Made by a program: the position numbers and the translations under genes. DNA of 64,000 nt from NCBI GenBank assembly GCA_963780185.1, contig CAWABA010000011.1, positions 192,001-256,000 of the forward strand. The letters run 5' to 3'. Position 1 is the first letter of the stretch, and each line of letters opens with the position of its first letter. Below are positions 20,923 to 30,978 of the stretch, one piece after another. This DNA is from Candidatus Bathyarchaeota archaeon (lineage in GTDB: Archaea; Thermoproteota; Bathyarchaeia; Bathyarchaeales; Bathycorpusculaceae). A model generated the notes under the pieces. It was not told where the DNA came from and searched no databases. It worked only from the letters and a program-made list of their open reading frames with translations.

Positions 20923-21168
20923 TCATCGGCTTTTCGAGCCTTGGGTCGGCGAGCCCAGAGCATGTTGAAACACCGCAACTCCGTAACGCAGTAGGCTTTT
21001 CACTGCACTTACTCGTTTTCTCGGGACGCATGCGACGCCGCCGATTAAGCCATACAGCGATAGGGCGGTCATGGTTAGGAAGGTTGATTTCGAGTAAACA
21101 GTGAGCCTTAGGATAAGTAGAAACAGTTTTGAAAACATGTCGTCTGACTTCTTTGGAAAAACAATCAT
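20923..21168 (-). CDS. Possible small hypothetical protein
   Basis: ATG preceded by GAGG and a TATA-like CCTTAAC upstream; fills the gap, but no recognisable motif. Confidence 0.3.
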   Translation of the reverse strand: MIVFPKKSDDMFSKLFLLILRLTVYSKSTFLTMTALSLYGLIGGVACVPRKRVSAVKSLLRYGVAVFQHALGSPTQGSKSR

Positions 21169-21433
21169 GCCTCTTTCAATGCACAACTATCTTGGCAAGA
21201 GAAAAGTTAAGGGTTTTGCCTTCCAAACCCTTTTTCAACTGTATCGACGAATTGTACCGTCTTTCCGTATATGCTTCACCCTCCTATCGGGTATCCTTGC
21301 ACAAAAACACAAAACAAATTATTGCCGCAAGAAAGCTCAACATCCTTTCTGTCATGACAAATACCTTTGCAGAATCGAGACCGAGATAAGCTTTTAACCA
21401 AACCCTCCGCTATTCAATAACCCGTGAACCAAC

Positions 21434-22780
21434 GTGATTGTTGATTCTGTCCTTACAAACGCCAAAGCCTACCTAAACGGACAGGTTGTCGATTGCAGCA
21501 TAGCTATTGAAGAAGGCAAAATCTTCAAAATCGGCAGAGAAACCCAAATGCCTGGCGCCGACCAAAAAACCAACCTGAAAAGCCACCTTGTCCTTCCAGG
21601 CTTAATCGACGAGCACGTGCATCTGCGCGACGAGGGGAAGGCATACAAGGAGGATTTCTTAACGGGAACCGCCGCAGCGGCCGCAGGAGGATTCACAACG
21701 GTTCTGGATATGCCTAACAACGACCCCGTTACGATGAGCGTTGACGCATTGAGGACCCGTATGGCGTTGGCTAAAAGAAGGATTCTGGTTGATGTTGGTT
21801 TTTACTCTGAATTTCCAAAGAAGCTTACGGAAGTCCGGGAAATTGTTTCTGAAGGTGCAGTCGGGTTTAAGCTTTTTTTGGGCAGCCAAATAGGCGGAGT
21901 AAATGTTGACGACGACGAAGAGTTGCAAGCGGCTTTCAGAGAGGTTGCGCCGTTAGGTGTGCCTGTGGCGTTGCACGCTGAAGACAAAGCAATGCTTACA
22001 GCCAACGAAAACAAACTCAAGCAAACCAAAAAAGTCAGCGTCTCCGCTTTCCAAAATGCGCATTCCGAAGTAGTTGAAGCAAAAGCCATTGAACGCATGC
22101 TCAAATTAAGCGCGTCGACTGATGTGCGCCTGCATTTCTGTCATGTTTCGACAAAAGAAGGCTTAAACGCTATTGAGGATGCAAAGAAGACAGGCCGAAA
22201 AGTAACCTGCGAAGTTACCCCCAACCACCTTTTGCTGTCAACCCCTGATTTGGAACGTTTGGGACAAATGCTGATTATGGCGCCGCCGCTCCGCAACACG
22301 GACCAAGTTGAAGCTTTATGGACTGGACTGGAGGCAGGCTGGGTTGATTCTTTAGGGTCAGACCACGCGCCCCATGCGCTGAGCGAGAAGTCTGCGAGCA
22401 GCGTTTGGGAAGTTAAAGTCGGCGTTCCAGGGCTAGAAACCACTTTGCCCCTAATCATGACAGCCGTCAGGAAGAATCGTCTGTCTCTGAGTCGGGCAAT
22501 GGCGCTTTTGGCTGAGAAACCTGCGGAAATCTTCGGTTTAGGTGACCGCGGGTATTTGGAGCAGGGGAAAAACGCGGATTTGACAGTGGTGGATTTTAAC
22601 GGCAAATTCAAGATTGACGCTTCCAATTTCAAATCTAAAGCCAAATTTTCCCCTTATGACGGCTGGGACGTGCAGGGCAAACTGGAAAAAACGTTCGTCG
22701 GGGGCACTTTGGTTTTTGACGAAGGCGAAATAGTTGCGAAGGCAGGCAGTGGCTCTCTTGTTCGGAGAGGCAACATGTGA
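21434..22780 (+). CDS. pyrC: Dihydroorotase (amidohydrolase family)
   Basis: PGLIDEHVHLR, GGFTTVLDMPN, HAED, CEVTPNHL, SDHAPH. Confidence 0.9.
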   Translation: MIVDSVLTNAKAYLNGQVVDCSIAIEEGKIFKIGRETQMPGADQKTNLKSHLVLPGLIDEHVHLRDEGKAYKEDFLTGTAAAAAGGFTTVLDMPNNDPVTMSVDALRTRMALAKRRILVDVGFYSEFPKKLTEVREIVSEGAVGFKLFLGSQIGGVNVDDDEELQAAFREVAPLGVPVALHAEDKAMLTANENKLKQTKKVSVSAFQNAHSEVVEAKAIERMLKLSASTDVRLHFCHVSTKEGLNAIEDAKKTGRKVTCEVTPNHLLLSTPDLERLGQMLIMAPPLRNTDQVEALWTGLEAGWVDSLGSDHAPHALSEKSASSVWEVKVGVPGLETTLPLIMTAVRKNRLSLSRAMALLAEKPAEIFGLGDRGYLEQGKNADLTVVDFNGKFKIDASNFKSKAKFSPYDGWDVQGKLEKTFVGGTLVFDEGEIVAKAGSGSLVRRGNM

Positions 22781-23271
22781 ATTTCTTAGCTGACAGCATG
22801 CTGGGAAAACTTGCACGTTGGCTACGAATGTTAGGACAAGACGTAACCTACAATGTTCAACTGAACGACAATGAGCTTTTAGATTTAGCGAGGACGGAAA
22901 GCCGCGTTTTGCTGACCAAGGATTTGGAGCTTTACAGACGCACCGCCGCCATGGGTATCGGAGCTTTTTTTGTCGAAGGCAAGTCAGAATCTGAACGGCT
23001 GGCGGAAGTTGCGAAAAGGTACGCCTTGAATTTGACGATGGATATGGAAAAATCCTTTTGCCCCGTATGCAACACCAAGCTTAAGGCTACTCCGAAGGAA
23101 CAGCTTTCGGGCGAATTGCAGAAGAACACTTTTACTTACTACGAAAAATTCTGGCGATGCCCAAACTGCGGGCGAATCTACTGGCAGGGCGCCCACTGGA
23201 AACAAATCAGCAACACCCTGTGTGAAGCGCAAACGAAACTTGAAAAACTAAAGAAAAAAGAATGTAGCTAA
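22777..23271 (+). CDS. Mut7-C RNase domain protein
   Basis: [36 protein letters not shown]. Confidence 0.92.
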   Translation: MNFLADSMLGKLARWLRMLGQDVTYNVQLNDNELLDLARTESRVLLTKDLELYRRTAAMGIGAFFVEGKSESERLAEVAKRYALNLTMDMEKSFCPVCNTKLKATPKEQLSGELQKNTFTYYEKFWRCPNCGRIYWQGAHWKQISNTLCEAQTKLEKLKKKECS

Positions 23272-23510
23272 GTTAGCCATTTCAAAGGTATGTCTTGGTA
23301 TGTTCCGTCTGGCAACGTCCGCCTGATAGTTATCGGCAGAATTGAAGCCTCAAGTTCTTTTAACGCTATGTCTATGGGGTTAGTATTTTCACTTGCATCC
23401 ACCAAAATCGGTGCTCCCATCGAGATTTGAAGAGCTCTAGCTCCAACTATCCTTGCTTTCTCGAAGCGAGTAATTTTTGGTGGTCCAACAACTATTTTTT
23501 GTTCTGCCGT
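23268..23510 (-). CDS. rpoK: RNA polymerase subunit K/omega (Rpo6); missed by the ORF track, apparent ACG start
   Basis: Manual translation: [36 protein letters not shown]...PIDIALKEL...[12 protein letters not shown]. Confidence 0.93.
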   Translation of the reverse strand, partial: TAEQKIVVGPPKITRFEKARIVGARALQISMGAPILVDASENTNPIDIALKELEASILPITIRRTLPDGTYQDIPLKWLT

Positions 23511-23512
23511 AT

Positions 23513-25195
23513 TTAATACTCTCCAGCGCCTGGATATCCGCCCATACCGCCCATGCCCCCCATGCCGCCGCCCATTCCGCCTGGAGGCATCGGTGGACCT
23601 TTCATTTTGCCTGAAGCGATGACGTCGTCGATTTTAAGTATCATGGAAGCTGCTTCATTTGCAGATTTAATTATCTGTTTTTTAACTGAGAGCGGTTCGA
23701 AAATGTTTACTTTTGACATGTCCATTACTTTTCCTTCTAAGACCTCTATGCCTGCCCATGTTTCTCCTTTTTCATGTCTGGTCCTTAATTCTACAAGTAT
23801 GTCAACTGGGTCTAAGCCTGCGTTTTCAGCCAGCGTTACAGGTATAGATTCGAGGGCTTCTGCGAAAACTCTAACTGCAAGCTGTTCTCTGCCCGTAATC
23901 GATTCAGCATACTTTCTCAGCACGCTTGCCATCTCCATTTCGGGAGCGCCTCCTCCGGCAACAATTTTTGGTTCCTGAATTAGGTCTCTGACTACGCATA
24001 GTGCATCATGGATTGAACGTTCTGCCTCAGCGGTCATGCGTTGTGTCGCACCCCTGATTAGGATGGTTACTGCTTTTGGGTTCTTGCAGCCTTCGATGAA
24101 AGTCATCTTGTCGTCACCGATTTTGCGTTCCTCAACTAAAGCTGCGTATCCCAGGTCGGATGGTGAAATGCCGTCTAGGCTTGAAACTACGTTTCCACCT
24201 GCAGCTCTTGCGAGCTTTTCCATGTCGGATTTCTTGGCTCTTCTAATGGCAATTAATCCTTTTCTTGAAAGAAAATGCTGAACCATGTCATCTATGCCTT
24301 TCTGGCACACGACCACGTTTGCTCCTGAAGCCACGATTTTGTTTGTCATGTCCCTTAGCATCGTTTCTTCTTCTTTGAGGAAGGCTTCAATCATGTCCGG
24401 GCTTTCAATGTTTATTTTGGAGTCTAACTCGGTTTTCTCAATCTCCAAAGAAACATCCACTAACAAAATCTTCGCGTTCTCTACGCGTTTAGGCATGCCT
24501 GATTGAACAATTTCCTTGTCTAAAACTATGCCGTTAATAAGTGATGTGTCTTTGAGTGATTCGCCTGTTTTCTTCTCAACCTTTACATCGTCTACGTCGG
24601 CCTTGTATACGCCGCCTTGTTTTTCAGCGACTGCAAGCATCGCTTTAACAGCTATGTCGGCTAAGTAATCCTTGTATTCAGCGACGATTTTGCTTCCCAT
24701 CGAAGTTGTGGCAGCCTTTATCAGAAACTCCGTCGATTTCAAGTCCACTGGCAACGCTATTTTCTCAAGGGTTTTAAGCGCTTTTTCAGCCGCTTTTCTG
24801 TAGCCGTCAATTATTACTGTGGGGTGAACGTTTTTGTCGATTAGTTCTTCTGCTCTGCTGAGAAGTTCACCTGCAATTATGACTGCTGATGTTGTTCCGT
24901 CTCCTGCCTCGTTGTCCTGTGTCTTGGCGACTTCAACAAGCATTTTGGCGGCTGGATGCTGAACATCCATTTCATCCAAAATGGTGCGGCCGTCACTTGT
25001 TATCGTGGTGTCTCCAAAGTTGTCAACTAACATTTTATCCATGCCTTTCGGACCTAAAGCGCTCCTCACGCTTTCAGCCACAACTTTAGCGGCAGTAATG
25101 TTTCCGTGCTGCGCTTCTCGTCCTCGGGACCTGTTTGAGCCTTCTTTCATAACTAGAACAGGTATTCCGCCTGCTTGCGTTGGAAATGATGACAA
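23513..25195 (-). CDS. Thermosome (group II chaperonin) subunit
   Basis: [25 protein letters not shown]-repeat tail. Confidence 0.97.
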   Translation of the reverse strand: MSSFPTQAGGIPVLVMKEGSNRSRGREAQHGNITAAKVVAESVRSALGPKGMDKMLVDNFGDTTITSDGRTILDEMDVQHPAAKMLVEVAKTQDNEAGDGTTSAVIIAGELLSRAEELIDKNVHPTVIIDGYRKAAEKALKTLEKIALPVDLKSTEFLIKAATTSMGSKIVAEYKDYLADIAVKAMLAVAEKQGGVYKADVDDVKVEKKTGESLKDTSLINGIVLDKEIVQSGMPKRVENAKILLVDVSLEIEKTELDSKINIESPDMIEAFLKEEETMLRDMTNKIVASGANVVVCQKGIDDMVQHFLSRKGLIAIRRAKKSDMEKLARAAGGNVVSSLDGISPSDLGYAALVEERKIGDDKMTFIEGCKNPKAVTILIRGATQRMTAEAERSIHDALCVVRDLIQEPKIVAGGGAPEMEMASVLRKYAESITGREQLAVRVFAEALESIPVTLAENAGLDPVDILVELRTRHEKGETWAGIEVLEGKVMDMSKVNIFEPLSVKKQIIKSANEAASMILKIDDVIASGKMKGPPMPPGGMGGGMGGMGGMGGYPGAGEY

Positions 25196-25347
25196 ATCAA
25201 GTAAACCTCCCTTTAATGCGACACAACAAAATGTTACTAGCCATATAAGTTTTTCTAGGCGGGGTATGCTGATTAAAGCCTAGGCGTGGCGTTTTTGCAT
25301 CATTTTGCCATTTTTCGGGGTTTTCTTTTTTCTTTTTAGCCGTGGCT

Positions 25348-25851
25348 TTAATAGACCGCCACTTTAGCTATTCCAGGAATCTTTAGCACCTCAGGAATTA
25401 ATTCTCCGGGAATTTTTTTCTCTACAATAAGCGTAAGTTTTGGCTCTGGTGAAAGTTCTGGGTCATCCACTATGGCTTGTCTTATGCTTAATCCTGCCCT
25501 GTTAAGAATCATGGCTGCATTGGATAAGATTCCCGGCGACCTTGCGTTAACGGGCGTTATCTCTAAAACCCCTAGGTTGAGGTGCTTTGCGATTTCTTTG
25601 AGTGAGTGTCCCGCGGGGCGTATTTCATCAAAAATCAGTTTGAGTTCAGGGTCAGCTTCTATGGTGCGGAGTGTTTCGTTTACTGTTCTTCGGTCTACTC
25701 CGGCGGCTCTGGCTACGCGGACTGGTGGGATTTCGATTTGGTTTAGACATATTTTTTCTTTTTGGACGCTTAAGCCGTTTTCTATTAGGACCCGGGCTAC
25801 TTTGAGGCGTTCGGGGTATTCTTGCAGTTGGGTTTTTATCATGTTCCACAT
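25348..25851 (-). CDS. trpY: TrpY-like regulator (COG2150, HTH plus ACT)
   Basis: VARAAGVDRRTV HTH, PGIL..LSIRQAIVDDPEL ACT domain; divergent from trpB2. Confidence 0.8.
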   Translation of the reverse strand: MWNMIKTQLQEYPERLKVARVLIENGLSVQKEKICLNQIEIPPVRVARAAGVDRRTVNETLRTIEADPELKLIFDEIRPAGHSLKEIAKHLNLGVLEITPVNARSPGILSNAAMILNRAGLSIRQAIVDDPELSPEPKLTLIVEKKIPGELIPEVLKIPGIAKVAVY

Positions 25852-25918
25852 TTTGTTTCGCTTGTGTATGTTTTTGTTCGTTTAAGTATAAATGTGTTGT
25901 TTGCTTGCGCCTCTTAAA

Positions 25919-25964
25919 TGTACATAAGTGTACACAAAAGTTTTAAATAAAACTTAAACGTACA
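25919..25964. promoter_or_regulatory. TRP-box-like operator (TGTACA-N4-TGTACA, plus CGTACA) flanking a TATA box
   Basis: TGTACA at 25919-25924 and 25929-25934, TTTTAAATAA at 25941-25950, CGTACA at 25959-25964. Confidence 0.7.
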
Positions 25965-26000
25965 CTTCTCTGCTTTGGAATTAAAAGGACGAAAAACAAC

Positions 26001-27419
26001 ATGCCAACGCCAATGAAAAAAATATTCCTAAAAGAAGAAGACATCCCAAAAAAATGGTACAACATAGTCCCCAACCTACCCAAGCCGCTTCCACCATTCA
26101 TCGATCCAGCAACGAAGCAGCCTGGCGTCGGAATTGTCCCACGAATCTTCCCAAAAGAAATCATAGGTCAAGAAATAAGCCAGGAACGATGGATAGACAT
26201 TCCTGAAGAAGTCAGAGAAGTCTACCGCATCTGGCGTCCCTCGCCGCTTTTCAGAGCTCTCAACCTGGAAAAGGCATTGAAAACACCCGCAAAAATCTAC
26301 TACAAATATGAAGGTGTCAGCCCGGCTGGAAGCCACAAACCCAACACCGCCGTGCCCCAAGCATATTACAACATGAAAGAAGGTACCGAACGCTTGTCAA
26401 CTGAAACAGGCGCGGGGCAGTGGGGTTCAGCTTTGGCGTTTGCAGCCATGACTTTCGGGCTTAAAGCTACCATTTACATGGTGCGTGCAAGTTATGACCA
26501 GAAACCGTACCGAAAGATGATGATGAAGGCTTTCGGCGCAGAATGTATCGCAAGCCCAAGCAACAAGACTGAGGCAGGACGAAAAATCCTTGCCGAAGAC
26601 CCCGAAAGCAAAGGCAGTCTCGGCATAGCCATCAGCGAAGCCGTCGAAGATGCGCTTGTCAACGAGAAAGAAACTAACTACGCCATCGGCAGCGTCTTTA
26701 ACCATGTGTGCCTACACCAAACCGTTGAGGGTTTAGAAGCTAAACAACAGCTTGAGATGGTTGATGACTATCCAGATGTCGTTTACGGCTGCATAGGCGG
26801 AGGCAGCAGCTTCAACGGATTAATGTGGCCTTTCTACTACGACCAAGTTACGAAGAAGGCGCCTAAAGAAACCAAGTTCATCGCCACCGAAGCCACAGCA
26901 TGCCCCAAAGTCACCAAAGGCTACTACCAGTATGACCACGGCGACACCGCAAAATTAACACCGCTCGTGCCCATGCACACTATAGGACATGACTTCATGC
27001 CAGCACCCATACACGCAGGCGGATTACGTTACCACGGCATCTCCCCAGTCATCAGCGAACTTGTGCAGCAGAAAAAGATGACAACAGAAGCATTCAACCA
27101 AATAGAGGTCTTCGACGCAGCCAAAATTTTCCTTCGATCCGAAGGCATCATCCCAGCGCCTGAGCCATCACACGCAATCAAAGGTGTCGTTGACGAGGCA
27201 TTGCGGTGCAAGAAGACGGGTGAAGCAAAAACCATCCTGTTCGTGCTCTGCGGACACGGCTACTTCGACATGGCAGCATACGACGAATACTTCAGCGGCA
27301 ACCTCCAAGCATACGAGTACCCAGCCCAGAAAGTCGACGAATCCATGAAGAAACTGCACAAACTGTACCCATGGCTAGACGAAGTCAACAAGAAATACAT
27401 AGGCTGCGAAACATACTAA
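26001..27419 (+). CDS. trpB2: Tryptophan synthase beta chain type 2
   Basis: [40 protein letters not shown]. Confidence 0.95.
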   Translation: MPTPMKKIFLKEEDIPKKWYNIVPNLPKPLPPFIDPATKQPGVGIVPRIFPKEIIGQEISQERWIDIPEEVREVYRIWRPSPLFRALNLEKALKTPAKIYYKYEGVSPAGSHKPNTAVPQAYYNMKEGTERLSTETGAGQWGSALAFAAMTFGLKATIYMVRASYDQKPYRKMMMKAFGAECIASPSNKTEAGRKILAEDPESKGSLGIAISEAVEDALVNEKETNYAIGSVFNHVCLHQTVEGLEAKQQLEMVDDYPDVVYGCIGGGSSFNGLMWPFYYDQVTKKAPKETKFIATEATACPKVTKGYYQYDHGDTAKLTPLVPMHTIGHDFMPAPIHAGGLRYHGISPVISELVQQKKMTTEAFNQIEVFDAAKIFLRSEGIIPAPEPSHAIKGVVDEALRCKKTGEAKTILFVLCGHGYFDMAAYDEYFSGNLQAYEYPAQKVDESMKKLHKLYPWLDEVNKKYIGCETY

Positions 27420-27590
27420 ATCTCGCAACCAACCTTTTCATTTTTTTATTTCTTTGATTGCAACAAAATTTTGTTTCCATATTTCACTCTCATTGTTTGC
27501 TTACGACTCTAACCCTTAGAGTACCCGCTCTAAATGTTAGGGCTATATCTTCAAGCTCACTGTATGCAATCAAAAAAGCGGGGAAAAAAG

Positions 27591-27710
27591 ATGAATGCTA
27601 ATTTCGAATATGCCAAGACTTTAGCTGGCGACGGTACAATACTGCTTTTGCTCAGTTTGATTTCCTATGTTGGCTGGGTATTAGGCGTAGTTGGTGGCTT
27701 TAATGACTGA
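27591..27710 (+). pseudogene. 39-codon fragment resembling the N-terminus of DUF996 membrane proteins
   Basis: MNANFEYAKTLAGDGTILLLLSLISYVGWVLGVVG, then stops inside the next gene's start. Confidence 0.5.
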
Positions 27711-28272
27711 GCAAGCTGAAGTTCAAACAGATTCTGGCTGGAGGCGATTCATAAGGAAGCACTGGGCGATATTTGCGGTATTTGTGGCAGCAGCTATACT
27801 GGCGTTTGCGAGTGCAGTCTATGTCTTTGGCTGGTTCACAGGAAACGCCCAATCCACAGGTTTAGTCCCATCCACCCTAAATCTATGGTCTATGAACAAC
27901 CTTGTGATGTTTATTCTCCATGCAATCTTCTGGGAGCTCGTCTTAATCGGCATCCCTGTAGCCATAGGTGCAGTGGCAGGTTGGCAATGGTGGAAAAGAT
28001 TACCTGAAGGAGAAAAAAGAGAATATCATCTCTCTGGGAAACGCTCACGCGGTTCAAGCGCAGGCGGAGCAGTATCACCATTGCTTTTCATTGCGTTCGC
28101 CATCAAGGTCTATGTTGACGGAAACTGGAATGCTGCTATTGCAAGCTGGACTCTGAATTATGTGGTGGGTTCGATGATAACGATACTAATCTGGATGGCT
28201 GCCATCTTTGCGATTCCTGCAACGATAGGGGTCATCTGGTGGATACGCCGCGGAATGAACAAAAAACCCTAA
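27703..28272 (+). CDS. Hypothetical Trp-rich membrane protein, about 4 TM
   Basis: Four hydrophobic segments; T-tract after the stop. Confidence 0.75.
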   Translation: MTEQAEVQTDSGWRRFIRKHWAIFAVFVAAAILAFASAVYVFGWFTGNAQSTGLVPSTLNLWSMNNLVMFILHAIFWELVLIGIPVAIGAVAGWQWWKRLPEGEKREYHLSGKRSRGSSAGGAVSPLLFIAFAIKVYVDGNWNAAIASWTLNYVVGSMITILIWMAAIFAIPATIGVIWWIRRGMNKKP

Positions 28273-28421
28273 CCTTTTTATTTTTTTAGCGTTTACTGAG
28301 GTGAACCCAGATATGAGTATCGATCGAGAAAAATCTTTCCCGACAGGTTGGACTGAGGAGGATTTGAATTTTATCTTTTTATTAATCCCCCACGCGTTAT
28401 TACTCCACAGGTTAACCACCT

Positions 28422-29558
28422 TTGACTGCAGCCAAATCCGCTATCCCAACAAAAACCATCGGCTTCATCGTAAACCCAGTTGCAGGAATGGGCGGCGCCG
28501 TCGGGCTTAAAGGAACAGACGGTAAAACTATTCTAGCCAAAGCCATTTCACTGGGCGCGAAGCCCATAGCCTCAGAGAGGGCTGAAACCTTCCTTTCCGG
28601 TTTGGCGAATGTTAAAGAAAGCCTTCGGTTAGTTGTTGGGGCGGGAAGGATGGGTGAGGCTGAAGTGAAGAAATGCGGCTTCACTTGCCAAGTCGTGGGC
28701 AAAGACAAGAAAGAAACCACATCCGAGGACACACAAAATGCGGCGCACGAGATAGTGGAGGCAGGAGTTGATCTGCTGGTTTTCTGCGGTGGAGACGGAA
28801 CAACCCGCGACATCTTAAACGCCGTCGGCTTGAAGGTTCCTGTGCTCGGGGTTCCGACAGGCGTCAAAATGCACAGCGCCCTATTCGCCGTAACTCCCCA
28901 AGCAGCCGCAAGGGTTGCCGTCGGGTACCTGTGGGGCGGGTTGCCTTTGCGGGAGGCTGAGGTCATGGATATTGACGAGGAAGCTTTCAGGGGTGGTCAT
29001 CTTTCCGCCGAACTTTACGGTTACATGCTGAGTCCTTTTGAACCCTATTTGATTCAGGGAAACAAGCTTGAAAGCCCCATGACTGAAAACGAGGTGCGTA
29101 ACCAAGCGGCAATCGCAGTCTACATCATAGAAGAAATGAAGCCCGACGTCATCTACGTCGTTGGTCCAGGAACCACAACACGCACCATCGGCGACCTCTT
29201 AGACCAGAAAAAAACTCTCCTAGGCGTAGACATCTTCCAAAACAAAAAAATAATCACCTCCGACGCAAACGAAAGAAAAATATTGGAATGCATTAAAGGA
29301 CAAGCGGTGCAAATTATTGTGACGCCAATTGGCGGTCAAGGCTTCATTTTCGGAAGGGGCAACCAGCAGATAAGCAGCAAAGTAATCCGTCAAGTAGGTT
29401 TGGACAGAATTGTTGTGGTTGCGACTAAAAGCAAACTGGATAAACTGAAGAGTTTAAGGGTTGACACTGGCGATTCAGAGTTGGATAAGGAGTTTCGAAC
29501 CCGCGGAATCAGGGTTGTAACCGACTATAAAACCACACAAAAAATCGCCGTGGACTAG
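28422..29558 (+). CDS. ATP-NAD kinase family protein (COG3199-like)
   Basis: IVNPVAGMGG, GGDGT, GVKMHS, GFIFGRGNQQ. Confidence 0.9.
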   Translation: MTAAKSAIPTKTIGFIVNPVAGMGGAVGLKGTDGKTILAKAISLGAKPIASERAETFLSGLANVKESLRLVVGAGRMGEAEVKKCGFTCQVVGKDKKETTSEDTQNAAHEIVEAGVDLLVFCGGDGTTRDILNAVGLKVPVLGVPTGVKMHSALFAVTPQAAARVAVGYLWGGLPLREAEVMDIDEEAFRGGHLSAELYGYMLSPFEPYLIQGNKLESPMTENEVRNQAAIAVYIIEEMKPDVIYVVGPGTTTRTIGDLLDQKKTLLGVDIFQNKKIITSDANERKILECIKGQAVQIIVTPIGGQGFIFGRGNQQISSKVIRQVGLDRIVVVATKSKLDKLKSLRVDTGDSELDKEFRTRGIRVVTDYKTTQKIAVD

Positions 29559-29674
29559 TTTCTGTCTGAATCCATTTCGTTTTGTGTCGCCACAAGTTAC
29601 TGTAAGAGTTAAATTGAACGTTGCATTATGGATAGGCTGAAACTTCAGGTTACTTGTATTTTGTTTAAAGGGGC

Positions 29675-30076
29675 ATGAGATGTTTGAGTACTGAATCGGC
29701 AGATGTTTCACGTATAAAAATAAAGTTTGTAATCGAAGGCTTAGGTCACGCTGAAGGTGAACTGGTTAGGTTTTTGGCTCCAAGAACCATCGATTTCATT
29801 GTCCGTAAGCTTCCAATTGAAGGCAGAGCCGCCGTTTGGAAAGAAGAAGTTTACTTTGAAATCCCAATTAAGATGGGTGAAGAAAAAGCTAAGCCCACCG
29901 TTGAGACAGGCACCATTGCTTTTTGGCCAATGGGCGGCGCTCTATGCGTTTTCTACGGCAAGTCACAGCCCTACAGCCCCGTAAGCATACTTGGCAAAAT
30001 AACCGAAAACTTGGATGTTTTCAAGCAAATTAAAAGCGGAATAACCATCCGGGTTGAACTGCTACCTACTACTTAA
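29675..30076 (+). CDS. Cyclophilin-like fold protein
   Basis: APRT..KLP, WKEEVYF, GTIAFWPMGGALCVFYG. Confidence 0.85.
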   Translation: MRCLSTESADVSRIKIKFVIEGLGHAEGELVRFLAPRTIDFIVRKLPIEGRAAVWKEEVYFEIPIKMGEEKAKPTVETGTIAFWPMGGALCVFYGKSQPYSPVSILGKITENLDVFKQIKSGITIRVELLPTT

Positions 30077-30573
30077 AACGCCAACGAGCTTTCTTTCCAC
30101 ATTTGCAGCAGCCGCTCGCATTCCTCTTTGACGGCTTTATCGTCACTTTTCTCGCTTAGAACCTTCAGGAACTCAACTCGTTTCGCAACTGAACGTTTCT
30201 CCGCGCTGCCGCCGTAGTAAAGTTCTCCTTCTAAGTACTCTTTCATGCTGTAAGCCTTCTGCACAAACAGGCTGGCGGCGTCCACGGGGTTCTCAACTGC
30301 GAATTTGTTTGCCCAAATAGCCGCTTCAGTTTCCCGAAGTTGGCTTATGCCGTCAATCTCCATTATTTTTCGGATGTAGGCTCTGAAAAAGTCAAAGTAA
30401 CCTGCCGTCTTGATTAAAGCTTGAACCTGGCTGATTTTTTCTTTGAAGCCGGCTGAGCCTTCAACCGTGAGGTTATGTTTGTACCCTTGGTTGACTAGTT
30501 CCTTGGCGTTTTTCACTTCTTCAGCAGTGTAAACTCTTTCAGGAAAATCCGTCAAACGAAAACAAATCTCCAA
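30073..30573 (-). CDS. Hypothetical protein
   Basis: 166-aa ORF co-oriented with rps25e; start uncertain. Confidence 0.7.
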   Translation of the reverse strand: MEICFRLTDFPERVYTAEEVKNAKELVNQGYKHNLTVEGSAGFKEKISQVQALIKTAGYFDFFRAYIRKIMEIDGISQLRETEAAIWANKFAVENPVDAASLFVQKAYSMKEYLEGELYYGGSAEKRSVAKRVEFLKVLSEKSDDKAVKEECERLLQMWKESSLAF

Positions 30574-30613
30574 AAATTGAATTTAAGAAAATTAAAGAAT
30601 AGAATTGGTAAGC

Positions 30614-30943
30614 CTATGCTGCAGGCTTGTAGATTTTGAGGTTGTGGCTTGCGGAGACGAGTTGGACTGCGCCGTTTGTTTCAAGCTGCTCTAAGAAGTC
30701 TTTGGCTGTGCTGATGCGGATGTTGTATTTTGTCGCAACTAGGTATGGTGTTAGAACGACCATCTTTTTGACTTCGGCGACGACTTTGTCGTTTTTAGCG
30801 TCTGGCGCCACTATGCTGGCGGCTTTTCGCTCTTTCGGCGGCCCTGATTTTTCCTTCTTCTTACCATCTTGTGTCTTTGCTTCGTCTTGGCCAACCTGCT
30901 GCTTCTCCATCTGCTTTATGCCGAGTTTCTTTTTTCCACCCAT
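30614..30943 (-). CDS. rps25e: 30S ribosomal protein S25e
   Basis: Basic N-terminus, LTPYLVATKYNIRISTAK..LEQL winged helix. Confidence 0.9.
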   Translation of the reverse strand: MGGKKKLGIKQMEKQQVGQDEAKTQDGKKKEKSGPPKERKAASIVAPDAKNDKVVAEVKKMVVLTPYLVATKYNIRISTAKDFLEQLETNGAVQLVSASHNLKIYKPAA

Positions 30944-30978
30944 GAATTTTTTCACCTTGATTTTATTGTTCTCAACAT

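Noticed and set aside
23530-23590. GGCATG-type repeats
   Set aside because: They encode the ordinary GGM chaperonin tail
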